Shown here: piece after piece, positions 44,301 to 59,300 of the stretch | How the letters are laid out: every line of letters begins with the position of its first letter | Numbering within the stretch: the stretch's first letter is position 1 | Assembly: GCA_949282135.1 (NCBI GenBank) | Contig: CASDOR010000001.1 | Location: forward strand, 2,730 to 66,729 | Length of the DNA stretch: 64,000 nucleotides | Origin: an uncultured Christensenella sp. | GTDB taxonomy: Bacteria > Bacillota > Clostridia > Christensenellales > UBA1242 | Direction: 5' to 3' | Program-made: the position numbers and the translations under genes | Notes under the pieces: model-generated | Told to the model about the DNA's origin: nothing | Databases searched by the model: none | The model's input: the letters and a program-made list of their open reading frames with translations, nothing else

Positions 44301-47300
44301 TATTGGGCGTGGGTCTGAGACAAGTACTATTACAGGCGGCAGCATATCTTATGGTAATGCAAATTACTCAACTCCAGCTACTGCTCCACAAAATGCGAAA
44401 TATGGTGGCGGAATCTATTTGTCAAATAACTGCGGAAAACTTGAAATAGGTGGAAGTGCAACAATAAATAACAATAGAGTTGATTATGGTGGCGGAATCT
44501 ACTGCGAAGGTAATAATGAGACAAACGCAGAGTTTAACGTTCTTCTTATAAGTGGTGGTGAAATCACATCTAATACTGCTTATAGTTATGGTGGTGGAAT
44601 TTGTATTGGTGACATGGCTCAATCTATGAACAAGCATGTTGTTGAAATGACTGCTGGGGAAATTTATAATAATTTTGCTACTTCTGGTGCAGGTGTTAGT
44701 GTGTTTAGAGGGAGACTAACTGTAAGTGGTGAAAACGTAGTAATTGAAAATAACGCATTACTTGGTGACAGTGGGTATGGCACAAACTTATACATTTACT
44801 CTTCAAGTATTGATAACAATGGTATTGTTGATTTGTCAAGTGGTACTATTGGAAGCGAAGATAATGTTGGTACAATTTATATTGATGCAGGCAGTCTTGG
44901 AAACGGTAAATTAAATCTTAGTGGAAATATTAATATTTATTCAACGATGGTTCTTGTCAATAATAATTTAACAGGAGAAAATACGCTAATTGACATTGTA
45001 GGTGAGTTAGATGAGAATATCAGAATTATAACACTAGAACCTACACTATTCCCAGACGCAGATGAAAAGGAAGTTGAATATCCACTCATTCGTTTTGCAA
45101 ATAGTCTTGATGCTAGTGATGAAAAATTTATAATGACAGACAACACAGATTATAGACTTAAAGTTGTCAATCAATATATTGTTTTGACACCTGCCTACTT
45201 TACACTAACTTTTGATGCAAATGGTGGAGAACTTTCAACAGAAGCTGACTTAAACTTTATAATCGAAAATGAAATGTGGATATTTGATGTGCATTTTGGA
45301 GATAGTCTAAACGACATAATTTCAAATATTGTAGCAAGTATCGATAATAGAAAGTTCTTGTTCTGGAGTATAAGTGGTGGAGAATATGACGGCACTAGAC
45401 TTGACACGGATTCTACAATGCCATATGATGACATACTAGTTATTGCTAACTGGTCTGATCCTTACTATTACTTAACAATTGACTTTAATGATACAAAGAA
45501 TCCTCTTAGTGTCAGTGCAGAATTTGATGAAGAAGGATTAGGTAGCAATGGTGTATATTACGAGGAATATAGTCAAGTTACACTTGAGGTGTTTATTGAT
45601 AGTGGTAATACTACTTATGGTAAAGATGCTATAAATTTGGTTGCAAATCTTCTTTCTAGACAAGGGTATGAATTAACCTCCTTTAGTCCTTCACAACTTC
45701 TTGACGGGCACATTAAGTATAGTGTAGACGGAACGGGCTTTATGATGCCAGAAGACAATGTAATTCTTTACGCAATTTGGACTCCTACAAATTATACAAT
45801 TACATATAATTCAAGTATGCAAATTAATGGCATAGTACAAGAAATAAGTGAAGAGGTATCTCTTGATGAGGCGGTTTTACTTGACGAGGCATTTACTATT
45901 GATGGGTACACTTTAACTGGCTGGTCTTATGGAGAAAATGAGTTTAATTTTGGTGATAGAGTTACCAATCTTCCAAAAGTTCTTGGCATTGACATTGAGG
46001 GAGAGGAAAGTGTAAATATTACACTTACTGCAAATTGGACTAGAGATAGTTATATAATTAAGTTTGATGCAAATAGAGAAGAGTACTCTGTAAGTTCTCC
46101 AGAGGATGTAGAAGATATTACTGCACTTGTAAATGAATCCTACGAACTACCAGGTGAAGTCTTCTATGCGGATGGTTATATATTAGTTGGCTTTAGTCTT
46201 GATAAAAACACGCATTACACCGATAGTGAAAACATTTTTGAATTATCTAGTAATGTAACTAATTTGGCACGTAGCGGAGAAGTAACACTTTATGGTGTAT
46301 GGCGTCCAAATAACTATATTATTGAACTAAACGACAGCAACGGAAGTTCAATAGTTATAGACACCCCTTATACCTATGATGAGGTAGGCTTGTTACCTAG
46401 AATGTATGCAGAAGATGACTTAAGTCAGTCAAATATTTTACTTGGGCTTACACCTCGTCAAAATTATTACTTCGCAGGTTGGACAGAGACTAGAAACTCA
46501 ACAGAAGTTATGTATCTTGACGGAGCTGAGGTCTTTAACTTAACTAATCAAAATAGATTTACTCTGTACGCAGTGTGGCTAGAGTATAATGTTGTTGTAA
46601 ATTCAAACGATGGGAATAACGATTCCTTTGGTTTACTTGCAGACGAAAACAAGAGGGTAACTTTAAATGTAAGTGATTTAGAATTATTTGATAACCCTGG
46701 TTATGCCCCTGTTGGAATAAGCTTTACAAGTAGTGGTAGTGGTGATGTTTATGAATTTGTTGAGGGGGTAGTTACATTCACACTTCCAAACAGAGTAGAA
46801 GGCAGAGACTTTAACGTATATGTTGTTTGGGAAAGGGTAAATTACACAGTTGAGTTTGTGTTAAATTCTGAGGTTATTAGTGAAATAACAGCTAGTATTG
46901 GAGAAGAAATAACTCCTTATACTAGCAGTGGAGTAGTTGGTTATTCTGTTATGGAAGAGAGCATTACTCTTGACATAACACTTGAAAACTTTGTTTTAAC
47001 AAGAGATTTAATTTCAAAAATCAGAAATTATCAGGACATTTCTAGCGGAATTATAAGATTATATGCTGTAATGGATACAACATATACTATTACTTACGAC
47101 CTTAATTCAAATGGGCATCAAGTACTCTTAAATGGTGAAGTAATTACGAATGACGATTTGAATGTTTCAAATGAATTTTCTTCAACGGATAATGTTACTT
47201 TAAAATTTGACAACTACGAGATTGCAGATGCAAACTACGAGTCTACAACGTCAAGGTATGCATATTTCCTTGGATGGAGTTTAACAAGTGGTAGCCGTAC

Positions 47301-50300
47301 TCCAGATTATGATAGTAACTCAACAACTGTCCAATTTGGCTCAGATGTTACGCTTTATGCTGTTTGGGAATACTATACAAATCCATTCTATTTTGAATAT
47401 GTAGAAAATGAAAATGGACTAACTATTGTTGGATTTAGCAGTCTTGGAATAAATAATTTTAGAGGCACAACACTTATTCTTCCAAAGCATAATTATACCT
47501 TAAGTGGTAGCTTGTTACTTGAGGGAGAAAAAGTTACTCAAATAGGACAATTTAATTCTTCAGATGCAACTAATGGGGTAGAAATCCTTGATTTGGGTTT
47601 AGTGGATGGTCTTGAAGATATTCTTGATCTTGCATTTGTAAACTTTAGTGAGCTTACAAGTGTCTTAGGAGTAAAAGGTGATATTACAATAGGTAATGGA
47701 GCTTTTGGAGCACCAAGTATTACCGAAATAGGATTTAATAATCTTGACTCTTCAAAGTACGTCTTAGATGAAATGGGTAACATTTATGAAGTGAGAGGTG
47801 GAGAACTTAGTCTACATACACTTCTTGCTACTAATACTCAAAATATAAATTACACCGTTTCAAACGAAGTTAATGGAATGACAGTATCAAGTATTTCAAC
47901 GTATGCAATGTACAATGCAGGCTTTGTATCTCTTACTGTGGAGGACAATATTACTGTAATTGAGATGGGCGCTTTTGAAGGAATAACTGATAGTCTTGTT
48001 TCCTTAACTCTTTCCTTCATTGGAGAAAGTTTAAATTCAAATACAAATCTTGGATATGTATTTAATGGAGCAAACAATGCTCCAACGAGTATGAAAGAGG
48101 TTATAGTCACTTCACTTAATTCGGTTCCAGAAGGAGCGTTTAAAGACTTTAGTTATATTGAAAGAGTTTACTTTGAAAATGCAACAATTACTACTATTGG
48201 AGCTGAGGCATTTTATAATTGTACTAATTTAAAACTACTTGGGGAAGAAAATGAGATTGACCTTCAAAGAGTTGTGACAATCGGAGACAGAGCTTTCTAT
48301 AATTGTAAGAGCCTTCCTGAAAGTATTACTTTCACAAGTGCTAGAACTATAGGTAATGAGGCGTTTTCACAAACAAATATTACTTTTGTTGAACTTACAA
48401 ATAATGTTGTTAGCCTTGGCATTAGCGAAAGTGGAGATAGCAATACTGCGTTTATGAATAATGAAAACTTGTTAGGTGCAAGGGTTTACTCTGAGATTGC
48501 ATTAAAGGCGGTGATTAAAAATACGGGCATTGTAAAAGGGCTCACAGATAATGATAGTTATATTTACACAAACATGGAATTTTATAATGAGATAGAAAGG
48601 CTATGTAGTGGAAATTCTCCAAAAGATTATCTTGAGTACAACATTATAGTTGAAGATAGATTTGAATTGTTTGATCCAAATAATAATTCTCGTGGAGTGT
48701 ATAACAGTCTTCAAGAGGCAATAAATAATGCTGAAAGCAATTACACAATTCTTATTAAAGGAAATTATGTTCTAACTGCTACTATTGAAATTAATAAACC
48801 AGTAAACATTGTTGCTGGGGCAAGTTCAAATAGCAGTAACACAGCTATTACATTATCAAGACATGAGAGTCTTACTGACTATGCGTTTGTCATAAGTAGT
48901 ATAGGTGTCAAAATTGGTGGAGACTTTAATCTAAGAGATTATAATGCATTACCTTTACATTTAGCTGGAAATGGGGTAGAAAGTTTAAGTCTTATTTATG
49001 TTGACAAAGGAGAATTAACTCTTGGAAGTCAACTTGAAGTGTACAATAACTACTCTAACCTTGGTGCGGTGGTAAGATTGTCAGCTGATGGAGGAGAAGT
49101 CAATGTTGAGGGTGGAAAATACTATGACAATGTTGTTAGCGGTAGTGGTGTTGAAACTGCAAATGGTGGTGTGTTCTATCTTGACGAGGAAAGTAGACTA
49201 AATATCACAGGTGGAGAGTTCTATAATAATAGCGCTGTAAGAGGTGGCGTGATTTATTCTCGTGGACAAAGCATTATTAATATTGATGCTACGCAAAGCT
49301 CAGAAATTAAGATGTATAATAATAGTGCTACAAATGGAGGGGTATTATATATTGCTTCGACAATACTTGATGAGGAATACGCAAATTATATAGGCAATGC
49401 AAGTATTTTTAATAATTTACTTACAAATGTTTCTTCAAGCGGTGGTGCTGTATATATTGCAAATGGTATGTTAAGCATTGGAAACGAGGCTCGCATTTAT
49501 TCTAACTATGCAGTCAATGGTGGTGGTGTATATGTTGGTAATGGTATACTAGCGATATATAACGGTGTCATTGGTGGTAATGCAACTGGAAATAGGGCAG
49601 TAAATGGTGGCGGTGTTTATATTGGTGACAATGGTATTATAAGGCTATCTTCTAGTCAAGCGGAAGTGTCTTACAACAGTGCAAGTAGCGGTGCTAATAT
49701 TTACTTTGCATCTACTTATAACGTATCAGGTAAAGTATCTATATTATCAAGTGGCAGTATTATTGGAGGCAATAAAACAAGTGCAACATCTAGCAATCCA
49801 AGTAATATTTCAAGCTTAAAAGGTGGCGGAATATTTATAAAGAGCGGGAATCTTGAGATAAAAGATGAAGTTGTAGTAACAAATAACGTTGCAGGTTTTG
49901 GTGGAGGTATTTACATTGAAGGTGGTATGCTTACTTTAAGGAATAATAGAAATACTTCAAATTCTTATGGAATAATTTCAAACTCTGCTTTAAATGGCGG
50001 TGGAATTTACGTAAAGAATGGTCGAGTAGATGTGCTTGCAAGTGCAATACTTACTAATACGTCTTCTCAAAATGGTGGCGGTATTTACCTTGAAGATGGT
50101 GAAGTAAAAGTCTATGATACGTCAAAGAACTCTTCAATTATTTCAGGAAATACAAGCACGTTAAATGGTGGTGGAATTTATTGTGTAGGCGGTGAACTTA
50201 ATGTATATGTCGTGAATGGGAATGTAAGTCAAATTAGTTCAAACTCTGCCTACGACGGTGCAGGCATATATCTAGGTGGTGGAGAAACTAATTTACGAGG

Positions 50301-53300
50301 AATTATAATTTCTAATAATACAGCAAGAAATAGCGGTGGTGGTATTTATACCTATAATATAAATCAAAATAATAGTTATAGTTATGAATTGTATGACAAT
50401 GTTAATATTTCTAACAATACTGCTTTAAACGGTGGCGGAATATACGTAAATTCAATACTTGACATTATTGAAGCGACAATTACAGAAAACACTGCGGGTT
50501 TGCAAGGCAATGATACACAAAATGGGTTTGGTGGAGCATTATATGTCGGCGGTAGTGCAGTATTGACACTTGAAAAGGCAAATATTAGTGGCAATTTCTC
50601 AACACACGTAGCAAGCGGAGATATTAAAACTAATAGTTCTATTGAAGGAGTAATTTATAACAATTTCGCGGGAATTTATTTATCATCTAGTGTAAGTAGA
50701 ACACTAAGAATTTCTAATGAAAGTACTATTCGTGATATTGTATACTTAGTACAAGATGCAACAATATATATTACTGACAGAGCAACAAATGATATGAAGA
50801 ATAGTGACGATTATTCTATTCCATTGTATCTTGAGTCAAGTGTAGGCTTTGGTGAGTATATTTTAGTTGGCGAATACGATAATGAATTGGATGCTGACAT
50901 TGAGAAATTTATTGGCGAAGATATGGTCTTTACTAAACGAGGAGCTAACATTTATGCTACTCAATCAAGCGTATATAATGCGACAACTGGCAAATATTAC
51001 GCTTCAATAAAAGATGCAGTCAATCAATCTCCTGATGGTCAAAAGGTTTTACTTGTTCTTGTTAATACTGATCAAGTTATAAACGAAGATACAATGGTTA
51101 CAATTCCAGCAAATAAAGATATTACAATTATTGGTGAAAGTAGTGAAGATGAAAGTATCATTACAAGAAAAATTGTACGTGAACAGGATGAAGACGGAAA
51201 TAATGCTTACTTAGGTTACTTATTTATTGTTTATGGAAGACTATCATTTAACATAAGTAGCGAAGATGAGGGTGAGTTCGCTGATTTAGATTACGACATT
51301 TCAAATAGACCTATTATTGTTGATGGTGGCAAAACAAATGGTGGATATGTAGAGAATGCAAATTCACTTATATACATTGGTGGAGTTGGTACAAGTGTAT
51401 ATGAGGAAGGAAAAGATGGTCTAGTAGTAATTAACAGCAATGCCGAATTTGTAAATAATAAGGCAAGCAATACAACTGCGTTGTCAATTACAAACCCAAC
51501 AGATGGGATTACTATAGATAGGGTTGCGAATCCAAGTTATGGCGGTGCGGTATATGTAAATGGTGGGTCATTCATAATGAATGGTGGTAGAATCCGTGGT
51601 AACGAGGCTACACGTGGTGGTGCAATTTATATAGCAACTGGTGAGGCAAGAATAAACTCTGGTTTAATAGGTTCTAAGAACAGTGTAGAAGACAAAACTC
51701 AGTACAACAGTGCAGAAGATGGTGGTGCAATTTATGTGTTTGGTGGAATTTGTTATGTTGGTAGAGACGTGCTTGTAAACGAAGACGAAAGAGCTAATAT
51801 AAATGGAAATGAGGCAACACGTAATGGCGGTGGAATTTATATTTCCTCATATGGTAACCTTTATATGCAATATGGAATTGTAAATTACAATAAAGCTATA
51901 AATGGTGGTGGCTTATATGTAGCGTCAGTCTCAGATAACATTCAAAATCTTGAGGTGTCAGGTGTTATAGTAAATGGGTCTATTTTGTCAAATAACACAG
52001 CAAGCTTAAGTGGTGGCGGTGTTTATGTTGAATCTGGGCTTTTTGAAACTTACATGTTTGAGACAATTTATACTACTATACAAAATAATACGGCTTCAGA
52101 AAATGGTGGTGGAGTGTATGTTGGTAGTACTGGATTTATAAAATTAACTGAGACTGAAATTGTTTCAAATACAGCTTCAGAAAATGGTGGGGGAATTTAC
52201 TACAATGGTATGGACCATTCTTCATCTCAATTCATAGCTTCCTACGGAGATAGTTTTGAAGATATGAATGCAGGCGAATATATCTCTTCATTAACTAGTG
52301 ACAATAGAATTAGTACTTTAAATGGAAGCTTTATTGGAGTAAATGCTTTAGGTGACGAAGGTGGGAATAGTGCTGAAAATGGTGGAAATATTTATCTAGC
52401 AGCAGGCTCTTTGCATGTTATATCTTCGACTATTTCAAATGGTACATCTTCTATTGGTGCAGGTATATATGCTGGAGGCAGTAGCGACTTAAGAGTCTAT
52501 AATGGAAGTATTTCAAATAACATTTCTACTGATAATGGTGCTGGACTATATGTTACAAACTTTAGTACAAGAATATATGGGGCAACTATCACAAATAATG
52601 AGTCAGCAAATTATGGTGGTGGTATTTACTTTAATAGCGGAGCACTTGATTTACGTGCTTACGAAGCTACACTTACGCAAGTATCTTCAAATAGGGCGGA
52701 AAGGCACGGTGCAGGTATTTATCTTGGTATGCTAAGTGGAGCAACTAATTACTATGTGACTATTAAAGATACAACAATATCAAGTAATACTTCAGTAAAT
52801 GGTTTAGGTGGTGGTATTTATGAAAATGGGGCAATACTTGAACTTGTAGATGAAGTCACAATAGAGAATAACAACGCGATAAGTGATGGGCAAGGATTAT
52901 ATCACGCAACTGGTGTACTTGCTATTTACGGAAGCAACCGAATAGATAACAAAGGTAGTATTGCAGTTAATGCCAATATGGATGATAATTTGCCTGATGG
53001 ACAAAGTTTTGTTAATCTTAAAGAATTTACTAACTTATTTATTTTAGCAGGTGACGTTGAAAATATAGAGGATGAAATCTACCTAGCAACTAGACTTGCA
53101 TATATTACTGTTGTTGATGACGATGATACAAATAGTATTTATTCATCAGGACTTGGCACAGCTACTCTAAAAATTAATTTAGATAGTCAAACAGGTACTA
53201 ATTTCTCTGTTGGAGGTCAAGTTATTAGGTTTATGAATCCTAATAACAAAGACGAGGTACTAAGTTACTTTAATTTACCTATAAGTTCAGGCATGCTACT

Positions 53301-56300
53301 TTGGTATTCACTTAGAAGTGATAATACAAATTGGTTTGTTCTTGAGTATCAGTACTTCCAAGAAATAGAAGATGGAGGAAATATTGTTAGAGTTAGCGCC
53401 ACCTTTGAAGACGCATTAGCTCATGTGACTGATGGTAATGTAATTATAGTCAATATGAACTCTGCTAATGACTATACTCTTGTTCTTGACGATACAATAG
53501 AAATAGGGACAACAGACGAAAGCGGTATGGTGACAAACATGAATGTGACAATAACTGCGAGATATCTTGGAACGCGTATTGTAAGAGGCAGTGAGTTTAC
53601 TGGAGCAATGTTTAGAGTGCAAGCAGGTTCCTCACTCTTTATAGGCTATAATACTGAGTTTAATTATGGTAGTGATTTTACAAGTACTAGCTCTACACTA
53701 ACTCTCACAGGGAACAGTGATAGTTCTTCAACTATTATCCAAAACTATGGAACATTTACTTTGGGGGCTTGTGGTAGTCTTACAGGAGAAAACTCTACAA
53801 GTAACGGAAGCGCTATAGCAAACTTAGGGGAAGGAATTGTAAACATTGAAGGTGGCTCAATTTATAGTAATGTTTCTAGAATAGAAGAAATTGAGGGCTC
53901 TGAAGAGGCAGATGCATTAGGTGGAAATGGTGGTGCAATATTTGTGAGTAGAGGCACTACGCTTAATATTTCAGGCGGATATATTTATGGCAATAGTGCG
54001 GTAAATGGTGGTGCAATTTACCTGTCAAATGGTGCTACTCTTAATGTCACAGGTGGCCAGATAGGTATTAACACACAAGATCAAGCTGCAGGTAATTTAG
54101 CTGAAAATGGTGGTGCGATCTATTCCAATGGTGCAAATGTTAATATTACAGGTGGACAAATTTCCTATAATACAGCATCAGTAAATGGTGGTGGAATTTA
54201 TGCCACATATTATGTGACTTCTTCAGCAGAAGGGAATGATATGTACGTTTATTCAAATGTTATTCTAGGGGAAGAAAACGAAGATAGTATTAAAAATATA
54301 AATATAAGTTTCAACTCTTCTTCTCAAAATGGCGGTGGTATATACATTTTAAGCAGAATGGAAAACAGCGAAGAAACGTCAATAACAATTTATTCTCAAA
54401 CAAGGATTAGAGATAATAGTGCTTTAAACGGTGCTGGAGTATATATTGATGGTGAATATATTAATGATGATATAGATTATACAAACTCAGTAGCTATTAG
54501 AGGCGGAATTATTGATGGAAATACGGCGACAAATGCCGGTGGTGGAATTTATGCACGAAATTCAATAATAAATATGTTTTATGGCAAAATAGGGGATGTG
54601 ACATTCTATAACAGTGCAAGCCTAGGCGGTGGTTTATATCTAGAAAATTCTAATGCAGAGATACTTTCTTCTGGGTTTAATACTACAACTGATATCTCTG
54701 GTAATAGAGCAGTTATCAAAGATGGTGAAAACGGTAATGGTGGTGGTATATTTGTTGATAACCATTCTAGAGTGATTATAAATAGTGCAAATGTAAATAT
54801 AGAGGATAACGCTGCAGAAAATAATGGCGGTGGTATCTACATGTATCAATACGATATTGGAGACGAGGATGATGAAGATTATGGTAGTGTAGGAACTGTC
54901 GAGATTATAGAAGGTTTTATTGCTGATAATGTGGCAAATGGCGAAGGTGATGGTATATTTGTTAACGGAGATGGAAAACTTATTCTTCAAAGGAAGGATG
55001 ACCGTTCCGCGTTACTTGCAGAGGGGCTTAGGATTGTTGATGAAATATACTTGAACCACCTCTTGTTAAAAGATAAAACAGAAGAAAATGATAAACAAGT
55101 ATCAAGGATAAGAGTAAATGCTGGGTTTGACGGAAGCCTTAATTCACAGGTTAATATTAAGACCCCTTATCCAGCAACGGATATAGACATAATTGTTGGT
55201 TACTACTTTGTACAAGGGCAAGCAATAGAAGATGCTTACTTAGTTCCAGATATATTTATAGGTGTAGATGAAAATGCACAAGAATATATCTTCGTTATGG
55301 GAGTTACAAATACTGGGGGCAAGTATGAAATACTAACTGGCGAAAGAAATGTTGCTAGAGTGACAGGTAACATTACAAGATACTATTCTAGGATTAATGA
55401 TGCAGTCGTTACGTCTCAACTTGGAACTTTAAATAGTATCTACTTGCTAAAAGATTTTGAGTTTAGCGAAGGTGGTGTAATTCATTCTATTAGCGGTTTA
55501 GATGATCAAAATCAGATGATAATTGAGTTCTACGCAGGCATTTATGAAAATAATGAAGTTAGAGAAGATACATTATCACGTAGAACAATTACAAGAACTG
55601 GTACTGGTACTTTATTCTCGATTGGTAATTATGCGAGAGTAAGTTTTAATAACATTGATTTTGAGAGTAATTTGTCAAGAGGAAATGCTTTAATAGACTC
55701 AAGAGGAAATGAAATTGCTTTACGTAATGTAGATTTTAGCAATATTGCTATTTTAAATGGTGCGGTTCTTTTGATTAGTGGTGCAAGTGTCATTAATATA
55801 GATAATGTAAAATTTAATGGTTGTATTTCAAAAGAATACTCAATATTAAGGCTAGAAAATAGTGCTACAGGGAATGGAAAAATTAATAATCTAACAATTG
55901 ATGGCACAACTGACGATTTCTCAGTTAAGAATGGCGCAATTAATATTGATGATTGCTCTTTGATTGAAATGTCTAATGTGGAGATTAACAACATTAAATC
56001 TTCAGGAAATGGCGCAGGTTTTTATATTACAGATTCGGCAGTAACTATTGATACTGTGACATTGAGTAATAACGAAGCAAGTATAAACGGCGGTGCTATA
56101 TATGTTATGGGGGGAAGTAAAGATACAGCCTTATCTCTCACAAGTGCTACATTGACAAACAATTCTGCAGGCTCAAATGGTGGTGCAATATACGTAAATA
56201 ATGCGGATTTAAATTTTGGTTCTTCTACTATAAATAACGCAAATGCAACCAATGGTGGTGGAATGTATATTACGTCAACCGCTACAGTAAATGTTATAGG

Positions 56301-59300
56301 TAATTCAACTATAATGAACGCAACAGCAAGTAATAATGGTGGTGCGGTATACTTAAGTGGTGTACTTAATGTAGATAACAATTTACAACTTACAAGTAAC
56401 CACGCGAAAAACGGAGCAGGTTTATATAGCGATAGTAATAAGTTGAATGTCGCAGGTTCACTAGTGATTTCAGGTAACGAGGCAACAAGCGGTGGAGGTA
56501 TATATTATATTGGTACAGAAGAGCTATCACTTAATCAAACTACAAGCATTGTTAGCAATACTGCAACTAATGGTGGTGGAATTTATGTTGATAATACCTC
56601 AATCTCACTTTCAGGAGCTTCATCAGGGAATAAGATGATAATCGGCGGAAGTGGAGCAGGCAATACTGCAACTAGTGCTGGTGGTGGTATTTATCTGAAT
56701 GGTTCTTCTTATTTAAGAGTTGAAAATGCGAACGTTGAAGTCTCTTATAATAGTGCAGCTCGTGGCGGTGGTATTTACTATAACTACAGCTATGTTGATA
56801 GTGTTTATAACGCAAGCGAAACGGCACAAAAAGAAAAATATGATAATATTTCAATCTCTAACTTGACTATTTCCAATAATACAGCGACCTCAAATGGTGG
56901 TGGTATATATATAAATATAACAAAGCAAAGAGTTACATTAACACTTTTCACTGTTAATATTAATGATAATAAGGCAAGTGTAGGTGGTGGAGGTATTTAT
57001 CTTGGTAATGGCAAAACTGTTATTAAATATTCAAGTCGTGTAAACACTAATAGCGCTCAAGAAGGTGCGGGTATCTATTTACTTGGAGAAACAACTCTAG
57101 GTATTCAAAACACTGAGATAAGTAACAATGGAAACATTGCGACTACGACTAATTTTGGCGGTGGAATTTTTGTAAATAATGCAGTATTGCAACTTCTACA
57201 ATCAGAGACATTGTCAAATGGTGTAAATACAACAAGCATCACTTCAAATAAAGCATCAAATGGTGCTGGTATATGTGTAACAAATAATGGTACGATTGAA
57301 ATGAGTAGCGGCGGAGACTCGAACATTACTGAGATCTCTGGAAACACTGCCAGCGGAAATGGTTCTAGTACTGGCTTTGGCGGAGGAATTTATATAAACA
57401 ATTCTGTAGTAAAGGTTAACTCAGGTAGAATTTCAGGCAATAAAGCAGTTGTAGGTGGAGGTGTATATATTACTTCTTATGGAAGTGCATTGTTTGAATT
57501 AAATGGTGGAAGTGTTTATTCAAATAGAGCATCAGATGGCGCAGGTTTATATTTAATTAGTAAAAATTCAACTCACATTGTAAACGCAACTATTAAGGGA
57601 AGTGTAACAGGAAATACTGCAACCTCAAGAGGGGGAGGAATTACAATGAGGGGTAGTGCTTGTACACTTACTTTAAATAGTAACTTATCAGGAAATAGTA
57701 GTAACGACCAGGCTGGTGGCTTATATTACGAAGGAGGTACAATAACTTCTAGTAATACAACAATTACTATAAGAGAAAACACTGCAAAGAAAGGCGGAGG
57801 TGTTGTATTTGCTAAATCTCCAACATTTGGTAGCAAAAAGAGTGTCGTAATTACTGAAAATACAGCAACAGAACAAGGCGGTGGTGTGTACATCCCGGTA
57901 GGTGGGGTAACTATAACAAATATTACTATTACTTCTAACCATGCAAAATATGGTGGAGGTCTTGCAAATGTAGGTTCTAATTTGATTTTAAATAATGTTA
58001 AGATTACTGATAACAAAAATCAAAGTAGTTCTGAAAATCCTCCTCCTATATTGCAAGGCGGTGGTGTGTACAATTCTGGTTCATTAGTAATTAATGGTAA
58101 TACGCAAATTACTGGAAATATAGCAGAAAATGGTGGAGGCTTATACTCTACTGGGACAACAACCCTAAGTTATGGTACTATTTCTGGAAATACTGCAGCA
58201 ACAAATGGTGGTGGCGTGTATGTTGCTTCCGGCCAGTTCTCAATGAGAAATTCAGGATCAAACCTTGCAGTCGTTGGTCTCTCAACTGCGGCAAATACAG
58301 CAAGTAGTGCTTCTGGAACTTATAGTAACAAAGCTGCGAATGGCGGTGGTGTATATGTAAATGGTGGTATATTTAATTTTGTAAGTGGACGAATCTATTA
58401 CAATTATGCAGTTTCGAATGGTGGAGGACTCTTTATTGCTAGCGGTGGAAATATGGGAGAAGGATCTAATGCTCAAATGACAGATGCCTCGCTTGTGTCT
58501 TACAACTATGCGACGAATGGTGGAGGTGTTTATACCTCAAAAGATACAATGGTAGGTGGGGTAGTTTCAAATAATACTGCAACAACAAATGGTGGTGGAA
58601 TTTACTTCAGTGTGGCAATGACTAAACAACTTCTTCTTAATGTTAATAATAATATGGCTGGAACCGGTGCTGGTGTGTATCTCCAAACAAGTGCTAGTAG
58701 TATAAGAGGAAGTATTTCAAATAATACTGCTTCAATACGTGGTGCTGGTGTGTATGTAAGTACAGGTACAGTTACTATTTATGCAAAAGTCGATGCTAAT
58801 AAAATTTCAATAGATAATAAAGAAGGCGCTGGTATTTATATTAATAATGCAACAGTTACAATATCAGGTGATGTTACAAATAACACTTTAAATCGTGGTC
58901 GTGGCGCCGGAGTGTATATTAAGTCAGGCACTCTTACTATAACAAGCGTAATAAGTGGCAATGGAGGGGCAACTAAAGGTGGTGGGCTTTATATGGAGAG
59001 TGGAAATGTTACTTTACGAGGGACAATAAAAGGTAATAATGTTACTGCAACTGCTCTCGATACTAGTGCTACACCTTCTGTAGTGGGTGCTGGAGTTTAT
59101 ATTAATGATGGAACTTTTTACATTGGAATTATAGATTATTGGCCATTTCTTATTATATCCCGAGGCAAAATATTTAATAATTTAGTTATTAATAATGGAT
59201 GTACTAATCTTAATGCATATTCAATTGAATTTATTGAAACAAATCAAGATCCTTTACCACAAGAGTATCGACATAGAAGTTATATAACTGGGATTTATCA

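Noticed and set aside
3053-58476. Numerous short antisense or alternate-frame ORFs inside long genes (e.g. 20252-20905, 40530-41033, 55629-55994)
   Set aside because: They are shadows of codon bias in the real genes (Ser/Leu/Pro/Ile-rich), with no RBS or domain signal.
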